Origin: Mizuhopecten yessoensis
Taxonomy: Eukaryota
Direction: 5' to 3'
DNA length: 64,000 nucleotides
NCBI RefSeq assembly: GCF_002113885.1
Contig: NW_018404676.1
Location: forward strand, 255,453 to 319,452
Every line of letters starts with the position of its first letter. Position 1 is the first letter of the stretch. Below the pieces are notes generated by a model that ran no database searches, had not been told where the DNA came from, and worked only from the letters and a program-made list of their open reading frames with translations. Shown in pieces: positions 38,888 through 50,800 of this stretch. A program made the translations under genes and the position numbers.

Positions 38888-39125
38888 GGCTAGAGTTCGG
38901 AAAGTCCCGTGTTCTAGTCCCGGTCTGGCCATGCACTTTTCTCTCCTGTAACAGTGGTACCTGTGACCAACCCTTATTACATGCAGTGGACGAATGCTTG
39001 GGGCGGGGCTATCCGAACCTGTGCTGTAAAATAGAAATCGATTGGGTCGATTGTCGGCGACCAGCTAGAGTTCGAAGGGTCCTGGGCTCAAATTCCGGTC
39101 TGACCATGCATTTTTCTTCTTCTCT
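38888..39125 (+). repeat. tRNA-like tandem repeat, two heads ~175 bp apart
   Basis: gctagagttcggaaagtcccgtgttctagtcccggtctggccatgcacttt repeated as gctagagttcgaagggtcctgggctcaaattccggtctgaccatgcattttt; degenerate B boxes. Confidence 0.5.
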
Positions 39126-39382
39126 TTTTTACATAAACAATACTATTGCGTTACGAGAACGATAAAATGTGACGTCACCATCACCAGTCGTCGGGAAGGG
39201 ATTTACAAACGCGGATTATGATTGCTATGTTGATAGGATGGGAGATAAAGATGCATCTCCTATGCCATGAGAGTATGCCGAGAAATGTTAACCCCTCGGA
39301 GTGATTCTTAGATGATTAGGCATAGATAATTAAAAATACCACTGTTCGGGTTTAGATATCTCTGTCTGTATAAAGTTTGTGC

Positions 39383-39555
39383 TTTTACGTCGTTATAACA
39401 GCTGTAGTCATAAAAGTACCCGCCAGGTTAGTATGTAGATAGTAGAGGAGAGCAGGAGTACACAAGAAAAAATACTGACCTGCGACACCCAGTGGTGGAG
39501 CGCTAGTGATGTCGTAGACGGTCAAACGCCTTAACCACTCGGCCATCGTGACCCT
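39383..39555 (-). mobile_element. tRNA-derived SINE, internally deleted
   Basis: Minus strand begins gggtcacgatggccgagtggttaaggcg (A box) and ends gctgttataacgacgtaaaa. Confidence 0.6.
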
Positions 39556-39769
39556 TGAAGTTGGGAAGATTATATTAATCCTTTCTCAAACCCACACACA
39601 TAACAATAAGTAAAAGTATTGGAAAACCTAAAAATTACCAGTAGGCAGTTGGAGTATAGAATAACACAAGGCCAGTGCTTGCTAATATCTTGGACTAAAA
39701 ACAGAAACGTTTATTATAACAGATCGTACAACACAACCGACATTTTTCATGCAATATGAATATTGTATA

Positions 39770-41182
39770 TCACGCGGCTTCACAGTCCAACCCGTACTCG
39801 CGACTGTACACGAGCTTTGCGTCCCTTAGTGGTACCCCTAGGGCCGCATGACGCACGGCCTGTGTAATAGAAGGGTGTCCGTCAGCCATGGCCCCCTCGG
39901 AGGCAGCAGCCATCTCCACGATCTGTCGAAACACAAATTCCCAGGACAAAGTTATCCCAGACTTGGTTACGTCTTGTAAAACCTGGGGAAAAATAGCAGT
40001 TTCAAGTAAATTACCTCAACAAAACAGAAGTGTTGGATATTCTGATCATCTAACGTGAACTGAAACGACACCTACAGCGACCTCACTAAACATAGTTTAG
40101 TTTAATTAACATTTAACGTTTAACATAGGCCTAGCTTCTAATATGTTGAAAGTTATATTAATAATGTGAATGAGCTATTCAGCCATTTTTTGCGATTCAA
40201 AAATTAACAGCATTTTTTTACGCTCGTCAAATCGTCCAAGTACCTTCTTAACCTAAACATGTACAGAACACTGCATATCAGTGATAGTATAATAGCCCGA
40301 ACAAACGCTACTTCTAATAGATAGGCCCTATAGCCCCCAGCCTACAACACCGTAACACTACAAATGACTTCAGTTTCTCAAGTAATATAATATATAAAGA
40401 AATAAAAGATAATGAAATATTCCCACATAGTTATGAATTTATGAAATTCGTAAATCATCTTTACGTGGTTCTTTTTATCAAGCACATTTTCTCTCTGAAC
40501 TGGCGTGTCCTGAATTTGCAAGGGACTGAATTTTTAAGGAATTTTCGACAAAGGCCACCCATACTACAATCGGAATATCTCATTATTTTCCTTACTAGGC
40601 CTACAACGAAAAGGACAATTGTCACGATTGAGTGTAAAAGTTGACGAGCGGGAAAAATCGAATATAACAAACTTAAATGATACTCAAACCACTTACCACT
40701 TCGCCGTTCCTTTCATCCCTTTCGCAGTTTCCGTTCACCTTTCTTGCTCTTTTAAATGCATTCTTTTGGTTCTTGTTTAAAACATTCAACTCCATTTTGA
40801 TTTCTTCCAAGCCAATAGGTGTTTGATTAGAACGAACATGACTTTCCTTATTTTTATCACACATAACACTATTGCTTTTTGATATATCATTACCTGAAAA
40901 TCTCACATCATGAAATGTCAATTTAACAGTATCGTCATTTTTCACAAGCGTCTCTGTGTCGTGTTGTAGACGGCGAAACTTTGCTCGTCGGTTTTGAAAC
41001 CAAGTAGATATGAAGTTTTCCGATTTACTTATTACCATTGCCAGATGCATCTTTTTACTGCGATCAGGCCATTTATCTTGCTGAAAGAGGGCTTCCAATT
41101 TTTCCAAATCTTTCTTGCTAATCACAGTACGCTTTCTTTTCTTCTTCATCTTTCCAGACGAAAGTGCAATATACGTCGCCAT
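39770..41182 (-). CDS. Divergent PRD-class (Q50) homeodomain transcription factor, 232 aa, two exons
   Basis: Exon 1 41182-40697 (GTG|gtaagt) encodes KKKRKRTVISKKDLEKLEALFQQDKWPDRSKKMHLAMVISKSENFISTWFQNRRAKFRR. Exon 2 39982-39770 (ttccccag|GTT...GCG TGA) is open in phase 0 for 70 codons. AATAAA on the minus strand at 39710-39715. Confidence 0.88.
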
Positions 41183-41854
41183 GTTGATTTCTCATGTGAC
41201 GTCAGAGCAGCGCACTTGTTTCGTAGACCTATTCAGATTCCCCCTCCAAAGACCAAGGGTACATGCAACTTTTACAGACTCTTGTGAGCATAAAGATATA
41301 TGATAAATAATAAATCCTTATATTTGTTTCTTGGAATGGGACTTTAAATTCACGGAATACTGAGTAATATTGCTTGGTAATGTATAAAGCTTATCGATAG
41401 TACATGAGATTGTGTTACAGTTGGTATGTTTTTATCTTGACGAGAAGAAAGTATCAATTATAAACGATATTTATTAAGGATACGTTTGGATCAATTAATT
41501 GTCTAACTTGATTTTTTTATTTAGTTCTTTCATAGCAAGTTCAGCACCTGATTGTTTCATTACACGCATGTTAGGCTGTGGAAAACGATCAATTAACTAA
41601 GTAATGAGGTTTAATATGTCATTTTTTATTATCTTGAGAAGTAAAAAAGCTTTTTCTGCTGCTTAAGTGTGCACAACAAAGGTTATCAACAGCTGTATTA
41701 TATAATTTCATCAAGTCTGAAAAGCTCAATGGGAATTCAATGTGCTAATGACTCTGCAAGCTCTTTTGACATGAAGGCGCGAAACCTCAGAGCATCCCGG
41801 AATACCTCGGATATTATTAATAATTGAGTAGTTTCGAATAGTATTTGTTTGAAT
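41183..41854. promoter_or_regulatory. Putative bidirectional promoter region between the homeobox gene and KIZ; contains CRE palindrome TGACGTCA at 41197-41204
   Basis: Divergent ATGs at 41182 (-) and 41855 (+), only 672 bp apart. Confidence 0.55.
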
Positions 41855-44800
41855 ATGGCGTCCTCAAATGTTCAATACTACCAACGACAAAAAGAAAACC
41901 AAGATGTCATTCACAACCAGTAAGTAGCTTCACAGTATAAAATAGTCCAAATCATTATAGCTTGCTGTGCTAACTTAACCTGTTTAAATAGAAAATGCAA
42001 CACTACGGACACCCGAATCAGTATCTTGTTATGCAGTTTGCGTGCTTGAACATGCTTAGTAACATCGGGTTTCTGAGCCCTAAACTAGAAATTGTCTATA
42101 CATAAACTAAAGCAATCTTGAGCTACACGTTGTTTAGTAGCAATGTTAAGTCTTTAATTTTCTGTTTCTGTAGATTACTGGAAGACCTCAAATTTGAGTA
42201 TAAATTCCAGGGTTGGAGAAGTGCGCTTTTAGTTTATATTGTCCCAGTTTGTAGTGATGTCTTGAAGCTTTTAAGTTCTTGCGTTTTGACGAGGTCTTCT
42301 GGTAGGTTATTCCACTCTGTTGTTGTTCGGGGAAAAAACGAATTTTTAAATATGTCCGTATTACACTGGAAATGTCGGTAATTTTCACTATTTTTTTTAT
42401 CTGGTACGGGTGTTTGATGAATTAAGTCAATATGTGATCTACAGGTATGGCCACTAGCCCCTTTAACGATCTAATAAAAAAGGGCAAGCTGATGGTCTCG
42501 CCTGCGATCCTTTAGTGGTGTTAGTTTTAGAGTGTCCATCATTTCTGTTACACTGCTGTCCCTTCTATAGTTTGATATCATAAAGCGGGCAGTGCTGCGT
42601 TGTACCTTTTCCAGCGAGTGGATGTTTTGCTGGTAAGGGTCCCATATCGTGCAGCTGTATTCCAGTATGGATCTCACCAAGGATTTGTATGCGGTTAGAT
42701 TAGGTTTTGCCGGGCAGTCAGTTTGCAATCACATTCTTTACAATGGCCTGCAGGCTACTTATCAGGTTGGGGACAAACTCACCAATTATATGCCAGTTGG
42801 AGTCACACACAGGTGCTCGGGTTCTGGAATATATGTGATATATTATTTTAGGTATCGCACCCTTTATAATAATAAATCATATGATTTATTAGTATAAGGG
42901 GGTGCGATATCTAGAGGGGTGATATAATATATCACATATATTCCAGAACCTGGGCACCTGTGTTTGGAGTATGGATTTGTTCCTAAAAATAACCCAAATC
43001 GCTTAAACAGTAACTTTTGCAATATATTAATCAAAAATCGCATTAATTTACGACATGGTAAATATTTTTTGCTAAAAGATGTTTACTGAAAGCGTTGGCT
43101 ACTTAGAAACTTGATGTAACTCTATCGGAAGTTTTGCATCTATTTTTGTAGCCGCGATACCGTAGCTTTCTGACGACGAGAGATTCTTTTTACATATTGC
43201 CAGCAATGGCAGAGGAGGCCGGGTATTAATATTAGTACAACTATTTTTGGTATTTTCCCACACACAAATAATGTTTATTTTTGCATTTGTATGATAAATG
43301 TGACTTGGACAAACAATTTGAAATAGTTAAGCTTAAAGTGATTTTGGCTATTTTAAGTAACAAATCCATAACCCAATTAGGGTATATTATACGCAAGTTG
43401 GTGGTTTTCCCCGACCTGCTTATAGCACTCACAGTGATTTTTCTATCTTCTTTTCATAGGGGCATGTGCCTTGTGACTTTGGGGAAATATCACACACAGA
43501 AATCTTGATTTTGAGAAAAGGAAAATGCAACAGAAGAATAAATTATCTAGGGGATAGGGGCCTTTATAAGACCCCAAGTTCAACCTAAAAATCACTTGTA
43601 TTTATATACTGATGTAATGTCACATGACAAGTACATGACCCTTTTAATAATAGAAAAAAAGTAAAAAATAGGTCTACATACATATTGTACACTTTTATTT
43701 ATTTAATTGTTAGTAATTTGTTACATCATTGTTGTAATGCATATGCCAGCTATAGCTGCCGGAACAGCAAGGCTAGATCAAATTATTATATTACATGATG
43801 TCAAAAAATGATACAGCTTTGCAATAATAAAGTCAATTAAAAGGATCTTCTTTTGTAAACCATAATCAAAATTCAGAAACTTATATAATTTTCTTTAAAC
43901 TGTGATTTCAGAAATTATAACTTTGTTTAGGATAAATAAATGAAAAACTAAATATTTATCAGTTTTCAGATATTGCGAATGGGCATATTTGCATGCATAT
44001 TTAATTTACAGATAATCATCAGGGAGGCTATCTCTTTTTGTGTTAAATATCTGTCCATATCCACTTATATGTTCTTGTGAATGTATAATTGAAAATGGAA
44101 TTTCAATTCTTTCTTTTTCCTATTTAGTGAAAGCAAGAGGGCGAATTTAGAACAACAGCTGAAAGTTCTCGCAAAGACAGATAATCGACTGTAAGTATTG
44201 TACCCATGATAAATAAATTGCATTCTATATGTCTTTATTGGTTCAACTCTACATAAATAAATGTTGTTATGGGCCTATATTTAAAGTCACAGGGATAAAA
44301 TATGTAGAAAACATCAAAGAAACTGATGATGAACTGTGATAAGTACACAATCAGGTTAGGCCTGTAGGTTGCATAGCTGAAAGGCTGTCAAGTTTGTCAA
44401 AAGAACAAATAACCAGAAATTGAAAGTTTTGTAAACAATATGTATTCTTCTCTTAATGTTAAATGATATATTTGGTTGAGGTCATAAATGGGAACTATTG
44501 TGATAACAGTATGGTGGGTCTTAAAATTTGTTTGCTCGGTGTTTCATGGTTCAAAATTTACATTATTAAATATTAATAAGTTTCTCTTCAATTTAGAATA
44601 CATGGTTAGATACCACACCAACTTTTAGGGGGTACAATACAAAGTTGGATAATATTAAAGGTAAACATATATACGTACATTTTTCATATTGATAGTTTCT
44701 CGAATGTTATCTCTCCTTTGGATTTATATGCATAGTGCAAGTATTTACCAATTTGACCATCTCACAGAAGGTTACAGATAACAGTTCTTTTAAATACAGA

Positions 44801-47800
44801 ATATGAGATTTGATTGATCTAAGATTCATCTCAACATTGAAGATAGGCATATTCTGTTATTCATTGTACACATATTTCACAAAGTTATAGGTGATTACAT
44901 TTTCAAGTATCAAGAAATGTTTCAGTGCCATTGAAAATGATTGCTTCCTTTTAAATTTTGCATTTTATGATAAATAATTTTATTTTAAACGCGAGAAATT
45001 TAGAAAAAATTGTAAGATAATTACAGAGTACTGCAGTATAGGTTAACACTTGGAGGGCATGCAAAAAGTGGTTTAAAACGGGAGGGGATGTCAACAAGGG
45101 TTTACAAAGGGAGAGGTTATGTCAACAAGGGTTAACAAAATGGATTTGGGGCGGGGTGTCAACAATGTTTTACAATGGGAGGGGGTCAAAGGGGTTAACA
45201 ACAGAAGGGGATGTCAACAATGGTTTACAATGGGAAGTACATGTTAACAATAAATGTAGGCGAAGTTTCCTTTAATTTAATAGTGTTTTCTCCAGTAAAA
45301 ACTAGGCCATTAGAATTGTGATATAACTTTAATCATAATTAAAAAAATCAGACTGTAAAGATTGCATGTCCAAACACTGTTTAAGACATATCAAGAATTG
45401 AATTGGAGAAGGATATTAATTTATTATGTTTATTTTCAAAATTCAACTCTTTACTGTGACGATCAAGAATTGAATTGGAGAAGGATATTAATTTATTATG
45501 TTTATTTTCAAAATTCAACTATTTACTGTGACGTTCCTACAGTGTATACTTTAAACAAACTGCTAACTGTTCATTGTTGATTGCTGTGCTGCTCCAGGGC
45601 TGTGGTAGCTGTGTAAGTCAAACACACTACAGACTCACCACCAAACTTATTTTATCTCCAAAAATTACACAACTATGTTGTCTACTATCACCTTGTCTGG
45701 TATTTTTGTCATCTTGTTTTCTGCCAACAATTTACACAATCTTTCAAATAGTAGTAGTGTTCATCTTGTTTACACCCAAATATTACTTTCACTACTTTTC
45801 CATTATATTAATGAAATATAAGTTAATGTTTAGGCATTTTAATGTATTTAATTAAAATCCATAATTATTTTTTGGGGGATCTTATTATTTTTAAGAAGGA
45901 TAAATATCAACTAAATATTGATCTGTTTTCCATCAGGAGTTCTACACACTCCACACTGTAACTAACAAACTTACAAAAATAAAAATTCAAATGGTCTTTT
46001 TATTCACATTACACTTCAGGGGACTTGAAGCGAACAGACAATATATTTACGGTGCGATTTTCAATAAATGATGCATAAGGATTCATAGATGGAAGAAATT
46101 CTTTAGGATAAAATTATTGAAGGTCACTTTCTTGAGTTATGGACTTGATTCCCACAAAAAGAGAAGAGGATGCTTACATAGTTCTTATGAATATTAGGTT
46201 TTACCATAGCATACATGAGCAAAACACATGTTTTTCTTACTATGTGTTAAATTTTTGTTTCAATTTGATAATAAAAGTGCATTTATTGATGTTATCGAAG
46301 TGCAAGAATTTAAACTGAAGACCAAATAAACTGTTTTATTGTTTTAAGACAATCTAGTTCTAGCTGTCACTATGTTTACACACATTGTATTCAAAATCAC
46401 TCCAATTTAATTTTCATTTTAATTACAGTAAGTTATAATTTTGTGATCTGGACATAGATGTAGATTTCTCTTCTGAATTTATGATTATTTTATAGTATTT
46501 TAGATTACACTGCTGTGTATTTTTTTTACTGTGCATGTATTGTTGAACTTAAATGGTTAAATCTATCTTAAAATAATAAATGATATAATTTTAAAATATT
46601 TTTCATGAAAATTTGGTAGCTAATACAGAAGATGTTGAAAAGATATAAGGAGCTGTTAAAAGAATAAAATGGATACTCATAATTCTAGATATAGGTGTTG
46701 ATTAAGACTTTTGTATATTTGTTTTCAATGAAACACACCCCTTTTTGTATTTTCTAACATTGTGAGAACGTTCAAAGAAACATCTGTACCTGCATATATA
46801 TAATATAAACATGTTAAGCAGATACTCATACAGTTCTTTAACTATCTTCTTGAATTATTTTTCTTCTGCGCATAGTGTTTTTTAAACTTAATTATTTTGA
46901 AATGGTTCTGCTTAATGCTTAATGCTGTTTATTGAAAGCAAACATTTGATATAAATCATAGTCTGATCTCATTAATTTGAATTGTCAGGGCAAAGTTGAG
47001 AGCAGCAAAATTGAAGACCTACTGGAAAAAAATTTGTGATGACCAGAAGAGAGCTCAGGAACGAAATGATCGTATTGTTCAGGAGTTTGAGAGGATTGAC
47101 ACTTTCCTTGCGGCATCAACTGCCAGGACAGAGAAACTCCGGCTACTCAAGGTACATAAATCTTTCAATGTGTAAAAGATCCACTTTTGCTTTGTGTAAA
47201 AAAATGGATATAGGATATATCAGTCAAGCTAAAGATATGCTTTTTCCCTTTTAAGGAAGATGCATAAATATCACAAAGTATGTTTAACGATAATTATTCT
47301 TAATGTGAGCTTTGTTTTGTTTCCAGAGACAGTATGAAGAGTACATAGAGAAAACCTATCCACTATGGATGGAACAGGTGCTACATCACAGACAGCAGAC
47401 CCAGCAATCTCCCGCCCAGGGGGCCCATCCCTTGAGCTCTCAAGGACCTCCTCAACCCTACCCACAGGGACAGCCCAGCTATCCTCATCATCAGCCTACA
47501 CCAGGCCACACTCCCCAGTCTCAATCAGTTGGAGAGGCAGGTCCACCTCCCATGGAGCCACCTCGTGGCTACAAAGAAACATCAACCCCAACCAGAAGCA
47601 CTTACAACCCAAGCCAAAGGGATGAGAGTCCAGAGGAGAGAGATTCATATGGTCATGTACTGACATCCACACCATTTAGAGGAGATGATCAATATACACA
47701 AGTAGGTCATTCATGGATTCAGAAGATTAAATTCACAGATGTTTGTTCTTATTCTTTAATCTGATCACTGCCATTTATGCTTGAATTGTAATGAATTGAA

Positions 47801-50800
47801 AATTATTCAAAGAAATGGAGGATTGTCACTTGTAAAATATTGTAATTTGAAAATGTTTCCCTAATTCTTTTTTTGTGCTTGTTTCTAATATAGAAGCCAA
47901 AAACATCCTCCATTTATGCCAACATATCACAAGTAATGCGAAATCCCACTGATCAGGAGACAGTCCAACAACAGAGTCAACCCAGGGCTGTTCAACAACA
48001 GGTCTCGCATGTCCCTGCTGAAAGGGAGACAACTGCCTACCAACACAGTGTGCCTGATCAGGTTACTGATGTTAGCTTCAGTGATGATATTGTGGAGGAA
48101 ATGGTGCAGCATCCCCAGCCAATACAGAGTGTACGAATTGGTCAACAAGTGCACAAACCAGTGCCAGAGTCTCCAGGTAAGGTCAGCGAGTACACAAACT
48201 AGTGTCAGAACCTCCAGGTAAGGTCAATAATACACAAACTAGTATCAGAATCTCCAGGTAAGGTCAACAAGTACACAAACTAGTGTCAGAACCTCCAGGT
48301 AAGGTCAACAAGTACACAAACTAGTGTCAGAATCTCCAGGTAAGGTCAGCGAGTACACAAACTAGTGTCAGAACCTCCAGGTAAGGTCAATGATACACAA
48401 ACTAGTGTCAGAATCTCCAGGTAAGGTCAATAATACACAAACTAGTATCAGAACCTCCAGGTAAGGTCAACAAGTGCACAAACCAGTGCCAGAGTCTCCA
48501 GGTAAGGTCAACAAGTACACAAACTAATGTCAGAATCTCCAGAAAAGGTCAATGAGTACACAAAAGCTTTTGAGTGATGTTTCATGAAAAGACTACAACT
48601 TGTACTGTTAATATATTCTGGCAAGTTATCCATAACGTTCAACCACTTCTTTATTTATGGGAAGTGAAAGAAACCATTTACCAGCTGGAAAAATCCTGGA
48701 ATTTGAGAGCAGTGGGCCATTTTCAGTCATTTTTAGTCAATATCAGAATTAAGAGGGGCCTTTCTATGTAAAATTAAAAGAAACTTGAAAAATTGAGGGG
48801 TCAATTTCAATTTTGAGGGGTCAATAGCCCCCTCCAGGATTATCCCTGTACCAGTACTTTGTGTAGTTTTGAAAAAAACTGACATCATCAGCAATGCTCC
48901 GACCAGTTGTTTGTCATCTAGTAAAACATTTAGATCTGAAGGTACTCTACATTAAAACTGCATTTGAGATGGCTTCCTTGAAAGACAATGGTTACAGTTG
49001 TCTTCTCTGTTACACAGATATATCCCAATCCCTGTCTGGACCAATGGAGCCTAACCCGGTTGATGAAGTGGGTGGAGATGAAGTCAGTGATTTTGGAGAT
49101 GATGATTTACCGTTAAGTACGAGTCAGACAGGACCAGATCAGCCTCAAAAGATAGTGACCCATGACCAGGTATCTCCTCCCAGCTCTCCGGACGCCACGC
49201 CTCGGGATCGTCCAATACAAACCGCTGTGACAGGAGGTGATAGCAGCTCTAGGTTAGTGTTACTCCTCCAGATGTCTCGTGTCAGCCAGTCACTTCATTT
49301 ATCCCTACATTTCACTTTGTTTATACATACATCGTATTTACGGAAATACATGTATAATCAAAACTTTTATAGCATATGCTTTATAAATGGTTGCTAATTT
49401 GCAGTCCTGCTACCCCATCTCCGGAGCTACATCTAGATGGACTGGTGCGTCTGATCACTCATGTCCAGGCTGACTTCCCAGAAGCTTTATCTCTGGAGGG
49501 ATACTACCGTTCTCATCGTCCTTCCGCCTCCGACCGACGTGATATCATGCAGTAAGCCATCATTTCCTTTTTGATAAAATATAACATAAAACATACACAT
49601 GATGTATATATATTGTTTTAATGGGTTTGCTTCATTTATCATATTGATTAGTAGTTTTTTAGTGTGTCAGTACTGAATAGTTGTTTAATTTCGCAAAGCC
49701 AATATTTCACAGTTGTCCCAATCAGAGCTAGTTTGCAGGGGTTAGATTTTGTACAATATGGCTAGATATAATTATCCGCTCATGATGGTACTTTTGTATT
49801 TTGGTGATGGGATATATTTTACAGGTGTTTTGTGAAAATAAAGTAAAGTGCGATATTGAATTGTTGTTTTATCCTCATTATTCGGCAGTACATGTGTAAA
49901 TAGATGTTTTCTTTTTCTGTCTGTAAATATATATGTTCACAGAGATTATAATTCAGGGAATTCATTTTCACTGTATATTTCACACTATCTTTGGTGACCG
50001 CGAAATATGGCGAACTTAAATTCCGGTGACTATTATCATCTATACAGTAATGAGGCGTATTATATGAACTGTGTACACAACTTGTTTTAACCTTGTAGTA
50101 AAGGCAACAAGGGCATCCCGATGCATGATCAGGATGCTGAGAAGATCAGCATGGTGCTGTTGGAACAGCTCCCCCTGGTGGTGAGGAATTTGTCTCCCAA
50201 GGGCCTCCTACCAGACTCTGTTCTTGCTGGCAATGTAGACAGCATCACAGAGATGAGAATCAGGTAAGATATTGTAGACGGAGACATATGTCAAGTGACT
50301 CGGATCATACAGTGGATTTTATATTATTTAGTGGGTATTTTTTAATCTTTAATTTTGAATTGTTATCAATATGAGTTACTTATCAGTTCCAATAAAGAGG
50401 ATTTCTCTTTGTGATTGCATCTGTTAGTTTAAAATATATGAAACATCAAGGCTTCACTTTAAACTTTAACTTAAATAATTGTACTGTAACTTATTTGAAT
50501 AATAAAAGACACCTTATATTATGTTAGATCTGATAATGTTCATCAGACAGGAATTACAGTTATATGAACACATACTTTAATACAAACAAAAAACAGGTTG
50601 TCATCTTCAATTCTAAGGACTCATCGTCTGGTTTAGGTTAAACACTCATACAGGTTGAAGGTCAAACTGCTACACATTCCATTAGTGTCTTGCTCTGTGA
50701 ATACTTTGACAAAAGATTGCTGGTTTAGTAGAATGTGTTTCTGTGAGTTGAGTTTGTTCCACATGTAGAATGGCCCTGCCAGAAGCTGCTCAGCCCCTGT

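Noticed and set aside
43206-43222. ATGGCAGAGGAGGCCGG|gt as the KIZ first exon
   Set aside because: 41855-41919 encodes the conserved kizuna N-terminal YY motif and has a consensus GTAAGT donor. This site could at most be an alternative start.
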